From an uncultured Chloroflexia bacterium (GTDB lineage: Bacteria > Chloroflexota > Limnocylindria > Limnocylindrales > CSP1-4), in the NCBI GenBank assembly GCA_963828165.1, contig CAWHDR010000001.1:32001-96000 (forward strand): a DNA stretch of 64,000 bases, in the 5' to 3' direction. The translations under genes were made by a program, and so were the position numbers. A model generated the notes under the pieces. It did not search any database. It had not been told where the DNA came from and saw nothing but the letters and a program-made list of their open reading frames with translations. Below, one piece after another: positions 19,421-28,968 of the stretch. Each line of letters begins with the position of its first letter. Within the stretch, counting starts at the first letter, position 1.

Positions 19421-21586
19421 ATGGACGACCGGCGCGGCGACGACCAGCCAACCGAGTTCTCCGAGGGCGAGCCGACCGGCGCACGCGCGTCCGAACCGGC
19501 CCTGGACCCGCCATCGGAGCTCGCGGCCGACGCCGGAGCGCTCGACCTCCCGTTCGAGATCGCCCGGCGGACCGGGGTCCTGTTCGTGCACGGCATCGGG
19601 ACCCAGCCGCCGGCGGAGACGTTCCTCGACTGGTCGGCCCCGATCGTCGAGCTCCTGACCGACTGGCGCGCCGCCCGGGATGGAGCCCCGTCTGCCACGC
19701 CGGCCAGCGCGGACCGGATCGACGACCCCGTCTGGCGAGCCGAGTTCAGCCTGGCGGCGGCGTCGCCGCCCTACCTCGAGATCGTCGTCCCATCGCACGA
19801 GGGCATTCCCGAGACCACGTGGGTCGTGACCGAGGCGTGGTGGGCATCCGACCTGCGGGCGCCGAGCCTGGGTCGGGTCATCGACTACCTGCGGCGGCGG
19901 ATGCGGGTGGTCGTTTCGGGCATCGCGCAGGGGTATCGGTCGCGGGCTCCCCATCTACTTGGTCTCGCCACGGACCGGAAGGTCCTCGATGGGGAGCAGC
20001 CGCCCCTGCGCTGGCGGCTGATCGAGCAGTTGGACCACGTCCAATCACGCGCGTTCGGCGCCGAGCCGGTCGGCTGGCTGGTGGGCGGTTTGGGCGCCGT
20101 CGTCCTCGCGGGTTACGACCTGCTTCGACGCGTCCCCATCCCGGTCATCCGGGATTTTGCGGCTCGCCGGATGCTGGACAGCTTCCTCGTGGAGTGGTTC
20201 GGCGACCTGCCGGTCCTGCTCGACGAGCCGGTCCAGTCGGCCAACGTACGGGCCCGGGTCGCCCGCAGCATCGAGCTCATGCTCGAGGACGAATGCGATG
20301 CCATCGTGATCGTCGCCCACTCGGGCGGCGCCCTCGTGACCTTCGAGATGCTGCTCGATCCCGCGTACGGGCATCTCCGCGTCGACAAGCTCATCACCCT
20401 GGGCCAGGGCCTCGGCCTGGCGTGGCGTCTGGCGGCCGACCCCGACGTCCAGGAGATCACGCCCGGACACCGGCTGGTCGGCAACCTCGCCCGGGCACGA
20501 CCCGGTCTGCGCTGGGTGGACTTCTGGGCGTCGTACGATCCGGCCCCGGCCGGCCCACTGCCGGCGCGCAGTGGCCTCACGGCGTCGGCGGTCGAGGATC
20601 GGGCCGCAGGCGCGGGCGCGGGCGCCGTCGATCCGGCGGCAACCCCCGTCGATCCGGCGGCACCCGCCGGCGATCCGGCCCCACCGGTCGTGGATCCGGC
20701 GGTGGCGGCGGTCGTGCAGACCGCCGACGCGGGCGCGCCATGGCTCCTGCGGGCGAACGTCGGAACTTCCGGGCAGACGATGGCCGGGCTGGCGAGCGAC
20801 GCAGATCTGGACCCAGCGGCCCCGACGATCGTCGTCGAGAGCCGCCCGATCACGAACGAGATGAACGTCCTTACCGATCACGGCGGCTATTGGGCAAACC
20901 CGGAGGGCTTCCTGGTCCCGCTCGTCCGGCACCTTGATGCGGCCCTGGGCGACGCCTCGGCATCCCGGTTCTTCCGCAACGAGGCCGACCGGACCCGTCG
21001 CGTCCTGTGGCGTCGGGAACGGGTCGCCGCCCTGGCGTCGTGGGGCTGGCTTTGCGCATTCGGGGCGATCGTCACGGCAGCGATCCTCGCCGCACTGCAG
21101 GCGGGCGGCGACCAGCGGCTGACGCGCGCCGGCGACGGCATCGCGGCGGTCTGGGGCGCGTTGCCGGGTCACGAGCTCGTCACCGTGCCGATCGAGGCCG
21201 CCGCGTCGGTCGGCGGGGCCCTCCTCTCGACCATCGGGCTCGAGGCCTTCGCTGAGGGACTGGCGAGCCTGGGGCCGCCGATTCTCGGCCTCGCCCTGGA
21301 CTTTGCCCTATTCTTCTTGCTGGTCAAGGTCGGCCTGGGTCGATGGCATGACTGGGACCGCCGCGAACGGCGGGCGATGCACCGGGAGACACCCGTTCTC
21401 CCCGATCGGTCGCGAGCCGCCGGCGAGGCGTTCCTGTTGGTCGCGGGCGCCGTCGGTCTGATCCTGGCGACGTTCGGTGCCGGCGGAGCGTCCGCCATCG
21501 TGATCGCCTTGGGAGCCGCCGCAGGCCTGCTGATCTGGGCCATCCGACCATTCCAGCCACGGCCGGCGGAGGCGGAGCCGGCCTAG
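19421..21586 (+). CDS. Membrane-anchored alpha/beta hydrolase-like hypothetical protein
   Basis: LFVHGIG, VAHSGG, LITLG, DHGGYW, plus several C-terminal TM segments. Confidence 0.7.
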   Translation: MDDRRGDDQPTEFSEGEPTGARASEPALDPPSELAADAGALDLPFEIARRTGVLFVHGIGTQPPAETFLDWSAPIVELLTDWRAARDGAPSATPASADRIDDPVWRAEFSLAAASPPYLEIVVPSHEGIPETTWVVTEAWWASDLRAPSLGRVIDYLRRRMRVVVSGIAQGYRSRAPHLLGLATDRKVLDGEQPPLRWRLIEQLDHVQSRAFGAEPVGWLVGGLGAVVLAGYDLLRRVPIPVIRDFAARRMLDSFLVEWFGDLPVLLDEPVQSANVRARVARSIELMLEDECDAIVIVAHSGGALVTFEMLLDPAYGHLRVDKLITLGQGLGLAWRLAADPDVQEITPGHRLVGNLARARPGLRWVDFWASYDPAPAGPLPARSGLTASAVEDRAAGAGAGAVDPAATPVDPAAPAGDPAPPVVDPAVAAVVQTADAGAPWLLRANVGTSGQTMAGLASDADLDPAAPTIVVESRPITNEMNVLTDHGGYWANPEGFLVPLVRHLDAALGDASASRFFRNEADRTRRVLWRRERVAALASWGWLCAFGAIVTAAILAALQAGGDQRLTRAGDGIAAVWGALPGHELVTVPIEAAASVGGALLSTIGLEAFAEGLASLGPPILGLALDFALFFLLVKVGLGRWHDWDRRERRAMHRETPVLPDRSRAAGEAFLLVAGAVGLILATFGAGGASAIVIALGAAAGLLIWAIRPFQPRPAEAEPA

Positions 21587-21598
21587 TCCGCGGGAGCT

Positions 21599-23296
21599 TC
21601 AGACCGCGACCGGCTCCCGGTACTCCCCGAAGACGCCGCGCAGCACGGCGCATTGCTCACCGAGCGTCGCGTATGCCTCGGCGCAGCGGATGAAGTGCGG
21701 CATGAGATTGGTCTCGCTGGTCCCAGGGCGGGACGCCGCCTCGCGGAGGCCCTGGAGGGCGACTGCCACCGCCGTCGCGTCCCGCTCGCGGCGGGTCCGC
21801 TCGAGACGGGCCAGGTGCCGCTCCAGCGAGCCCGGTGGCACGGCGAGCACCGGGACGCGCGTCTCCTCGTCCGCGTTGACATGCGCGTTGACCCCCACGA
21901 CCCGCCGCTCCCCCGCGTCGAACTCGCGCTGGTACCGGTAGGCGGCATCGGCGATCTCGCGCTGCGGGTAGCCCTCCTTCACGGCGGCGACCATGCCCCC
22001 GCGCCGGTCGATCTCATCGAGGTATCGCCAGACCTGGCGCTCGGTCTCGTCAGTCAGGGCTTCGACGAACCAGGAGCCGCCGAGCGGATCGACCGTGGCG
22101 TCCACCCCACTCTCCTCGGCGATGATCTGCTGCTGGCGGAGCGCGAGCAGGGCCGCTTCGGCCGTGGGCACCGCGAGCGCCTCGTCGTAGGCGTCGGTAT
22201 GGAGCGACTGGGTGCCACCAAGCACACCCGCCAGCGCTTGCAGGGCGACCCGGGTCAGGTTGTTCAGCGGCTGCTGCGGCGTGAGCGACACCCCGGCGGT
22301 CTGCGTGTGGAACCGCATCCAGGCGCTGCGCTCGTTCTCGGCGTGATAGCGCCCGGTCATGAGGTCGTGCCAGATACGGCGGCTTGCTCGGAACTTCGCG
22401 ATCTCCTCGAAGAAATCCGAATGCGAGTTGAAGAAGAACGACAGCCGCGGGGCGAAGTCGTCGATCCGCAGCCCGCGCTCCAGGGCGGCCTCGACGTAAG
22501 CCATCCCGTCGGCGATCGTGAACGCCAGCTCCTGGACCGCCGTGGAGCCCGCTTCGCGGATGTGATAGCCCGAGATCGAGATCGTGTTCCAGCGCGGCAT
22601 CTCGCGCGTCCCGAACTCGATCGTGTCGGTCACGAGACGCATCGACGGCTCTGGCGGGAACAGGAACTCCTTCTGGGCGATGAACTCCTTGAGGATGTCG
22701 TTCTGGGTCGTTCCTTCGAGTCGATCGCGTGGCACGCCGGCCTTCTCGGCGGCGACGATGTACATCGCCCAGATCGGCGCGGCCGGGGAGTTGATCGTCA
22801 TCGACGTGGACACGCGTTCGAGCGGCAGGCCGTCGAGCAGGACTTCCATATCCGCCAGCGAGCTCACGGCGACGCCGCACGTCCCGAACTCGCCCTCCGC
22901 TTCGGCGTCGTCGGTGTCGTAGCCGTAGAGCGTCGGCATGTCGTACGCGATCGACAGGCCGGTCTGGCCGGCCGACAGCAGCCCCTGGAAGCGGGCGTTC
23001 GTGTCCTCGGCCGCTCCGAACCCGGCGAACATCCGCATCGTCCACAGACGACTTCGATAGCCGGTCGGATGGATGCCGCGGGTGAACGGCGGATCGCCCG
23101 GCAGGCCGATGCGGGCCTCGGCGTCCTCGGCCAGCGACCACGGGCCGTACAACCCCTCGATGGGCATGTCGCTGATCGTCGAGAAGCGCGCCTTGCGCTC
23201 GGGTGCGCGGCCGAGGGCCGGATCACGGCGCTGGGCTTCCCAGGTGGCGCGGCGGGACGCGACGTCGGACGGCTTCGACGTCGACCGATCGGTCAT
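21599..23296 (-). CDS. B12-dependent acyl-CoA mutase large subunit, isobutyryl-CoA mutase (IcmA)-like
   Basis: [58 protein letters not shown]. No B12-binding domain. Confidence 0.92.
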   Translation of the reverse strand: MTDRSTSKPSDVASRRATWEAQRRDPALGRAPERKARFSTISDMPIEGLYGPWSLAEDAEARIGLPGDPPFTRGIHPTGYRSRLWTMRMFAGFGAAEDTNARFQGLLSAGQTGLSIAYDMPTLYGYDTDDAEAEGEFGTCGVAVSSLADMEVLLDGLPLERVSTSMTINSPAAPIWAMYIVAAEKAGVPRDRLEGTTQNDILKEFIAQKEFLFPPEPSMRLVTDTIEFGTREMPRWNTISISGYHIREAGSTAVQELAFTIADGMAYVEAALERGLRIDDFAPRLSFFFNSHSDFFEEIAKFRASRRIWHDLMTGRYHAENERSAWMRFHTQTAGVSLTPQQPLNNLTRVALQALAGVLGGTQSLHTDAYDEALAVPTAEAALLALRQQQIIAEESGVDATVDPLGGSWFVEALTDETERQVWRYLDEIDRRGGMVAAVKEGYPQREIADAAYRYQREFDAGERRVVGVNAHVNADEETRVPVLAVPPGSLERHLARLERTRRERDATAVAVALQGLREAASRPGTSETNLMPHFIRCAEAYATLGEQCAVLRGVFGEYREPVAV

Positions 23297-23357
23297 GGCG
23301 CCGACTCTAGCACCGGCCGGCCCCCGTCACGGCCGACGCCATCGCCGCCCACGGGCT

Positions 23358-23945
23358 TCACGGCTCGTCGAACGCCTCGACCGCGGCCTCGATCTTCGGG
23401 TCCGGCAGGTCGTTGGTGATGACGACATTGACGACATCGGCCTCGGCCGCCGGCCACACGACCACGGTCTGCTGGCGGGGGCCGGTCTCGGTGTCGATGC
23501 GATGGACCTCGCGACCGGCCAGCGTCGGCTCGCTCTCGCCGGTCACGAGGGTGCGGTTGGCCGTGCGCGCGCTGGCCGCGTAGAAGTCGGCCATCGCGTC
23601 GGCGGTCAGGCCCGGGCCGCTGAACACGGCGAGCGCCGCGGCCCGGATCCCGCCGAAAGCCCAGGTGCCGCCGGCGAAGCGCACCTCGTCGATGCCGGCC
23701 CCACGCAGCGTGCCCAGACTCTCGGCCGTGCAATGCCGCCCGGAATCGAGGGTTTCGGGCGGCGCGTCCTCGTAGCTGGATGGCACCATCGCCTCGAGCT
23801 CCGGGTACGCGCCGGGGGCGGATCCGTCCCCCGCGCAGGGGCCGCTCGGGTCGAACGAGGCTGCCTGCGGCGCGCCGCAGGCAGCGACGAGGAGGGCGAC
23901 AAGGAACGTGACCAGGAGTCGTGGGGTGGCGAGGGGTCGTGACAC
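23358..23945 (-). CDS. Hypothetical lipoprotein
   Basis: Signal peptide with lipobox LVAAC. Confidence 0.75.
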   Translation of the reverse strand: MSRPLATPRLLVTFLVALLVAACGAPQAASFDPSGPCAGDGSAPGAYPELEAMVPSSYEDAPPETLDSGRHCTAESLGTLRGAGIDEVRFAGGTWAFGGIRAAALAVFSGPGLTADAMADFYAASARTANRTLVTGESEPTLAGREVHRIDTETGPRQQTVVVWPAAEADVVNVVITNDLPDPKIEAAVEAFDEP

Positions 23946-24077
23946 GGTCCTAGCCTACGGGAGACCGCCCCAAGGCCTCCAGATCCGCGCTCGCCCTGAA
24001 CGAAAGGCACCGGGTCGGTGCATCCCGGCACCTGGTACGGGCGTCCCACTGGCGGTGCGTCGCTGCGCCCGACCATC

Positions 24078-24305
24078 GCCGTCCGCCTTTGGGCCTGTAA
24101 GTGCCATTGCCCCGTCTACGGAAATCGACGTAGTCTTCCACTTAAGCCGACCCGCGATCGAACCGGGAACAGCACCTGGGGCGTCGCGCCACGGATCGGG
24201 AAACGGACGCTTTCTCGAGGAGGTTCGAGGGAGGGATCCCGGGTCCCGGTCACGAGCCGAGTAACCGATCTTCGGCCATCAGGCCCGTAAGGTCGCAGGG
24301 ACGGC
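24078..24305. ncRNA. Putative structured non-coding RNA with 6S-like rod/bubble architecture
   Basis: Nested complementary pairs GCCGTCC/GGACGGC, GCCTT/AAGGT, GGGCCTG/CAGGCCC, ACCGGGA/TCCCGGT, ACCTGGGG/TCCCGGGT in a ~430-nt gap with no credible ORF. Confidence 0.5.
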
Positions 24306-24372
24306 AGCACTTATCGCCACGGCGCAGTCCATGCATCGATCGCCCTCCGATATCGGGGGGCGATCTTCATGT

Positions 24373-25128
24373 TCAGGCCGTGCGACCCGGGCGGACCGGC
24401 ACCGGGTGCGACCTGCGCGAGACGCCACGGGCGTCGAGGTCCGCCTGGACGACCCGGGCTGCGGCGACGAGATCGGGGTCGCGCGTGACGGTGCCCGCGA
24501 CCCAATCGATGTACGAGGGCTCGAAGGCGGCGATCTGACCCAGCGTGTGCCCGTGGAACTTCCCGAACTCCATCAGGTGCTCGCGAGCCACGTCGAGCTT
24601 TGGCGGCTTCGGCCGCCGGAAGTCACGGAGCCGGCCCCGCTCGAGCGGGCCGGTCGGCGTGGATGCGCGCGGTGGCTCGGAATGGACGCGCTCACCGCGC
24701 AGGGGCGGCTGGGCGGTGGCTCCCGTGGCGCGGCGTTCCGATGCGGCGGCCCCGGCACCGGTCCCGGCGCCGTCGTGCCGGGTGGCCTGGTTGCGCTGTC
24801 GGAACGTGCCGGTCATGTCCAGGTGACGCGTCACGGGCCGCGTCGGACGCGGCCGTGGCGGTCCTCCGCGCCGCGGTGCCGGTGCGTCCTCGAAGTCGGC
24901 GCGCTCGCCGTCCCGTGCCCGGCGGTCCGCCGCCGCCTCGCGGGTCAGCGCCGTGTAGGCGTCGTTGATCTCGGCCATCCGCCGCGTCGCGGCCTGCACG
25001 GCCGTCGGGTCGTCCCCGGTCAGGTCCGGATGGTTCGATCTGGCCAGCCGTCGCCAGGCCGCCTTGATCTGGGCCGGGGCGGCGCCTCGCTCGACCCCCA
25101 GGACCACGTGCGGATCGCGTTTCGCCAC
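24373..25128 (-). CDS. J-domain (DnaJ-like) protein with C-terminal FGK-motif domain
   Basis: DPHVVLGV...IKAAWRRLA..NHPD...INDAY. C-terminal MEFGKFHGHTLGQI...PSYIDW. Confidence 0.85.
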   Translation of the reverse strand: MAKRDPHVVLGVERGAAPAQIKAAWRRLARSNHPDLTGDDPTAVQAATRRMAEINDAYTALTREAAADRRARDGERADFEDAPAPRRGGPPRPRPTRPVTRHLDMTGTFRQRNQATRHDGAGTGAGAAASERRATGATAQPPLRGERVHSEPPRASTPTGPLERGRLRDFRRPKPPKLDVAREHLMEFGKFHGHTLGQIAAFEPSYIDWVAGTVTRDPDLVAAARVVQADLDARGVSRRSHPVPVRPGRTA

Positions 25129-25202
25129 GCCGGTCAGTGTACTGGCCGCCGCCCGCGTGCCCCCGCTTGACAGGCCGGCGCTCGGTGCCGTCCCCTTGTG
25201 CC

Positions 25203-26339
25203 ATGGGATTCGTCCGTCGAGCCGGACTCGCGGCGGCCATCGCCGCGGCACCGCTCGGCTTGGCCTACCGCTTCGCGCTGGCCTACCGCGCCCGAGCCGG
25301 GTACCCGCGCCAGCACCCACCCCAGATCAGCCCGGCGGACCTCGGGATGCCGTTCGAGGCGACCACGGTCCACTCCGGCGACGTGGATCTGCCGGCCTGG
25401 TTCATCCCGGCCAGCGGCGGGCAACCGGGTCCGGGCGTGGCGCTCATCCACGGCTGGGAGTCGGCACGCGACCGCACGCTGCCGAACGCGCTGTTCCTCC
25501 ACGCCGCGGGATTCCATTGCCTGGCCATCGACGTCCGTGGACATGGCGCCAATCCCGCCGAGGCCCTGCCACTGAGCGCGGGCGAATTCGGGCTCGATGC
25601 GACCGCGGCGTTCGACGCGCTCGTGGCCCGCCCGGAGGTGACGGTCGGAGCGGTGATGGGGCACTCGATGGGTGCGATCGGCGCCATCCTTGCGGGCGCT
25701 GCAGATCCGCAGGTGGCGGCAGTGGTCGCCACGTCGGGGCCCGCCGATCCGTACCGGCTCACGCGCCAGACGTTCCATCTTGCCCACCTTCCGATACCGG
25801 ATTTCATCGCCTACCCCCTGGCCTGGCTCACGACGCGGGTCTACCTGTCGCCGCGTGGCCACACGGTCGGTGAGATCAGCGCGACCAAGGCGATCGCCCG
25901 GTACCGCGGTCCGATCCTGCTCGCCCATGGGGACGCGGACCAGGTCGTGCCATTCGGTCACATGGGCCGCCTCGCCGGGGCAGCACGCTCCAGTCGCGAC
26001 ACCGGAGATGCGCCCGTGGAGACCCTGGCGATCGTCGGCGGCCAGCACTCGTGGCTGTACGAGGAACCGGCCTATCGCGCGGCGGTGGCGCGGTTCCTCA
26101 CGACGGCGCTCGGCGGCCCACTGGATCCCGACGAGGCGGCGAGGTTGGCGGCCGCGACCCAAGCCGAGCGGATCCCGGACGGCGAGGCAGCCTTCGCAGC
26201 CGTTGCGGCGACGCCGGGCGGCTTCCGGACCCTGGCCCAGGTCGCCATGCCGGGCGCCACGCGGATACCTACGCCGGACGTCGCCAGGGATCGGGAACCT
26301 GGCGTCCCACCGGCCGCCGAGGAGCCAGGGCTCGGGTGA
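25203..26339 (+). CDS. Alpha/beta hydrolase
   Basis: IHGW, DVRGHG, GHSMG, HGDADQVVP, GGQH catalytic triad pattern. Confidence 0.88.
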   Translation: MGFVRRAGLAAAIAAAPLGLAYRFALAYRARAGYPRQHPPQISPADLGMPFEATTVHSGDVDLPAWFIPASGGQPGPGVALIHGWESARDRTLPNALFLHAAGFHCLAIDVRGHGANPAEALPLSAGEFGLDATAAFDALVARPEVTVGAVMGHSMGAIGAILAGAADPQVAAVVATSGPADPYRLTRQTFHLAHLPIPDFIAYPLAWLTTRVYLSPRGHTVGEISATKAIARYRGPILLAHGDADQVVPFGHMGRLAGAARSSRDTGDAPVETLAIVGGQHSWLYEEPAYRAAVARFLTTALGGPLDPDEAARLAAATQAERIPDGEAAFAAVAATPGGFRTLAQVAMPGATRIPTPDVARDREPGVPPAAEEPGLG

Positions 26340-26872
26340 GCGACCCGCACGACGCCGTCTGGGACGCGGTCCGGTCGCGGCGTGTGATCCGCCGGTTCAC
26401 CGATCGCCAGCTCGAGCCCGCTCACCTCGAGCGCATCCTGCATGCCGGCCGACGAGCGAACAGCTCCAAGAACCGGCAGCGCTGGGCGTTCATCGTCTGC
26501 CAGGATCGCGCGCACCTTGGGGAGCTGGCCGCGGTCGGACCGTTTGCGGGACACCTGGCCGGCGCGGCCACCGGGATCGCGCTCGTGACCCCGGATCCGC
26601 GCACCACGGAGGCTCCGCTCTCGGTCATGTTCGATCTCGGACAGGCCGCTGACTCGATGATGCTCGTCGCCTGGGAGCTCGGGATCGGGAGCGTTCCGGC
26701 CACGGTCTACGAGCACGATCTGGCGCAGCGCCTCCTGGGCTATCCCGACGGCTACCACTGCGAGTTCCTGCTGTCGTTCGGCTACCCGGCGGACTTGGCG
26801 GACCTCCAGCGTCCGCCCAAGTCCGGCGGGCGCCGACCGCTCGACGACCTGGTCCACCGGGAGCGCTGGTAG
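26336..26872 (+). CDS. Nitroreductase family protein
   Basis: RSRRVIRRF, ANSSKNRQRWAF, FDLGQA, LGIGS, FGYP. Confidence 0.9.
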   Translation: MSDPHDAVWDAVRSRRVIRRFTDRQLEPAHLERILHAGRRANSSKNRQRWAFIVCQDRAHLGELAAVGPFAGHLAGAATGIALVTPDPRTTEAPLSVMFDLGQAADSMMLVAWELGIGSVPATVYEHDLAQRLLGYPDGYHCEFLLSFGYPADLADLQRPPKSGGRRPLDDLVHRERW

Positions 26873-26882
26873 TCCGGGCGCG

Positions 26883-27977
26883 CTACTGCCAGCGGAACTT
26901 CGCCGCCGCGATCCCGAAGCACACGACCAACCAGCCCAGGAGCACCGCGGCGCATACCCACAGCGGGGCGAAGGCGGCCCCGCCCACCATCACCTGGCGA
27001 AGCGCGTCCGAGAGGTACGTGAGCGGGATGACCCGGGCGATGCCCTGGAGCACGTCCGGCATCTCGTTGATCGGGAAGAACGTTCCCGACAGGAACATCA
27101 TCGGGAACTGGATGACGCTGGTCATGCCGTTGGCGGCATCCTCGGTCGCCGCGAAGGACGCCACGACGTACCCGAGCGCGAGGAAGGCCAGGGCCCCAAG
27201 GATCACGAACGCGGCAACCGCCGCGATCGACCCGGTCACCTCGACCCCGAAGACGACGACGCCGACCGCCACGATGATCACGGCCTGGACCATCGCGATG
27301 AGCAGTCGCATCAGGACGTTGGACCCGACGAGCTGCCAGCGCCGCAGCGGCGTGGCGGCGAGACGCTTGAGGATGAGCTTCTCGCGGTCGGCCACGAGCG
27401 GGATGGCGGCGAAGATCCCGACCTGCATGACGGATAACCCGAGCATGCTCGGCACGAAATAGCTGATGAAGTTGAGGTTCTCGGTCTGGATGGTCTGCGG
27501 GTCGGGGACCACGAGCGGCGGCCGGCCGCCCAGGTTGACGACACCCAGCACGGCGCCGACCGCCTGGTAGACCGAGCCCGCGAGGTTCGCCCGGGAGGGG
27601 TCGGTGAACACGGTCAGCGAGGCAGGGGCGGCCGCCGATCCGGCGGTTCCGGCCGTGATGGCGTCGCCGTATCCATCGGGAACGACGATCACCGCATCGA
27701 CCTGGCCGTCCTGCATCTTCGCGAGCGCGTCGGCCTCGGTCGCCTCCTCCAGCTCGTTCGTGCCGGAGGCGGTGAACGCCGTTTTCAACTGCGCCGATTC
27801 CGGTGAACCGTCGTTATCGACCCAGCCAAGGGTCAGCCCTCCCCCACCGCCGCCCTGGAAGATGAACCCGAACATGAAGATGAAGATCAGCGGAAAGGCC
27901 AGCGTCCAGAACAAGGCCGCCCGATCCCGTACGTAGCTCTTGATGTTGGCAACGGTGAGTGCGAGGAGGGCGTTCAT
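26883..27977 (-). CDS. ABC-2 type transporter permease
   Basis: TM pattern, DREKLILKRLAATP, FLSGTFFP, PLTY. Confidence 0.9.
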   Translation of the reverse strand: MNALLALTVANIKSYVRDRAALFWTLAFPLIFIFMFGFIFQGGGGGGLTLGWVDNDGSPESAQLKTAFTASGTNELEEATEADALAKMQDGQVDAVIVVPDGYGDAITAGTAGSAAAPASLTVFTDPSRANLAGSVYQAVGAVLGVVNLGGRPPLVVPDPQTIQTENLNFISYFVPSMLGLSVMQVGIFAAIPLVADREKLILKRLAATPLRRWQLVGSNVLMRLLIAMVQAVIIVAVGVVVFGVEVTGSIAAVAAFVILGALAFLALGYVVASFAATEDAANGMTSVIQFPMMFLSGTFFPINEMPDVLQGIARVIPLTYLSDALRQVMVGGAAFAPLWVCAAVLLGWLVVCFGIAAAKFRWQ

Positions 27978-27983
27978 CGGGCG

Positions 27984-28919
27984 TCAGTCACGGAGCGCCC
28001 GACCGGTCAGGTCCAGGAAGACGTCCTCGAGGGTCGCCCGCCGGATCGCCAGGTTCTGGGGCTCCAATCCGCGGCGCTCCGTCAACGCCAGCAGCGCCCC
28101 GATCGTCGGGCCGACATCGCTCGTGTAGAGCAGCATCTCGCCACCGTCCGCCTTGACCGACGCGACGGCCGGCAGCGCCTCGAGCTCGGCCGTGGTCAGC
28201 TCGGGCAGCCGGTCGAACCGGACGGCCCGTTCATGGAAGCGCTTCGTGACGAGCTCGTCGACCGTACCCATCTCGAGGATCTTCCCGTGGTCCATGATCG
28301 CGAGTCGATCGCACAGGACCTCGGCCTCCTCCATGTAGTGCGTCGTGAGCAGCACGGTCCGTCCGGCGGCTTTCAGGCCCAGCACGAGGTCCCACAGCGA
28401 CCGGCGAGCGGCGGGGTCGAGACCTGTCGTCGGCTCGTCCAGGAACACGAGCTCCGGGTCGTTCACCAGCGCCAGGGCCACGGCCAATCGCTGGCGTTGC
28501 CCGCCGGACAGGATCTTGGTCTGGGCGTTCTTGCGCTCGCCCAGGTCCAGGTCGGCGATGAGCTCGGCGGTCGGTCGTGAGCGCGCGTAGAAGCTGCGGA
28601 ACAGGTCGAGGACCTCAGTGACCGTGAGCTTCGGGTAGAGCGCCGCGGTCTGCAGGCTGATCCCGATCCGCGGCTTGAGCGCGTCCGCGTCACGGGTCAC
28701 GTCGACTCCCAGGACGCTGACCTCGCCACCGTCGGCGGCGCGCAGCCCCTCGAGGATCTCCACGGTCGTGGTCTTGCCGGCGCCGTTGGGCCCCAGGAGG
28801 CCGAAGATCTCGCCACCGGCGACGTCGAAGTCCACGCCGGCGACGGCCTGGACATCGCCGTATCGCTTGGTCAAGCCGCGAACTCGGATGACCGGGCTCC
28901 CCCCGATCGCGACGGTCAT
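27984..28919 (-). CDS. ABC transporter ATP-binding protein
   Basis: GPNGAGKTT, LSGGQRQR, FLDEPTTGLD. Start MTVAIGG. Confidence 0.93.
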   Translation of the reverse strand: MTVAIGGSPVIRVRGLTKRYGDVQAVAGVDFDVAGGEIFGLLGPNGAGKTTTVEILEGLRAADGGEVSVLGVDVTRDADALKPRIGISLQTAALYPKLTVTEVLDLFRSFYARSRPTAELIADLDLGERKNAQTKILSGGQRQRLAVALALVNDPELVFLDEPTTGLDPAARRSLWDLVLGLKAAGRTVLLTTHYMEEAEVLCDRLAIMDHGKILEMGTVDELVTKRFHERAVRFDRLPELTTAELEALPAVASVKADGGEMLLYTSDVGPTIGALLALTERRGLEPQNLAIRRATLEDVFLDLTGRALRD

Positions 28920-28968
28920 GGCGGCGATGGTGCCACAGACCCAACCTCGACGGTCGTCATCGCCCGGG

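Noticed and set aside
23297-23357. Cobalamin riboswitch upstream of the mutase genes
   Set aside because: The gap is too short and has no B12-box motif. The gene appears leaderless.
24276-24310. SRP RNA (TCAGGCCCGTAAGGTCGCAG resembles helix 8)
   Set aside because: It lacks the AGCAG motif and a full stem around the tetraloop. The same bases pair better with the distant 5' segment.
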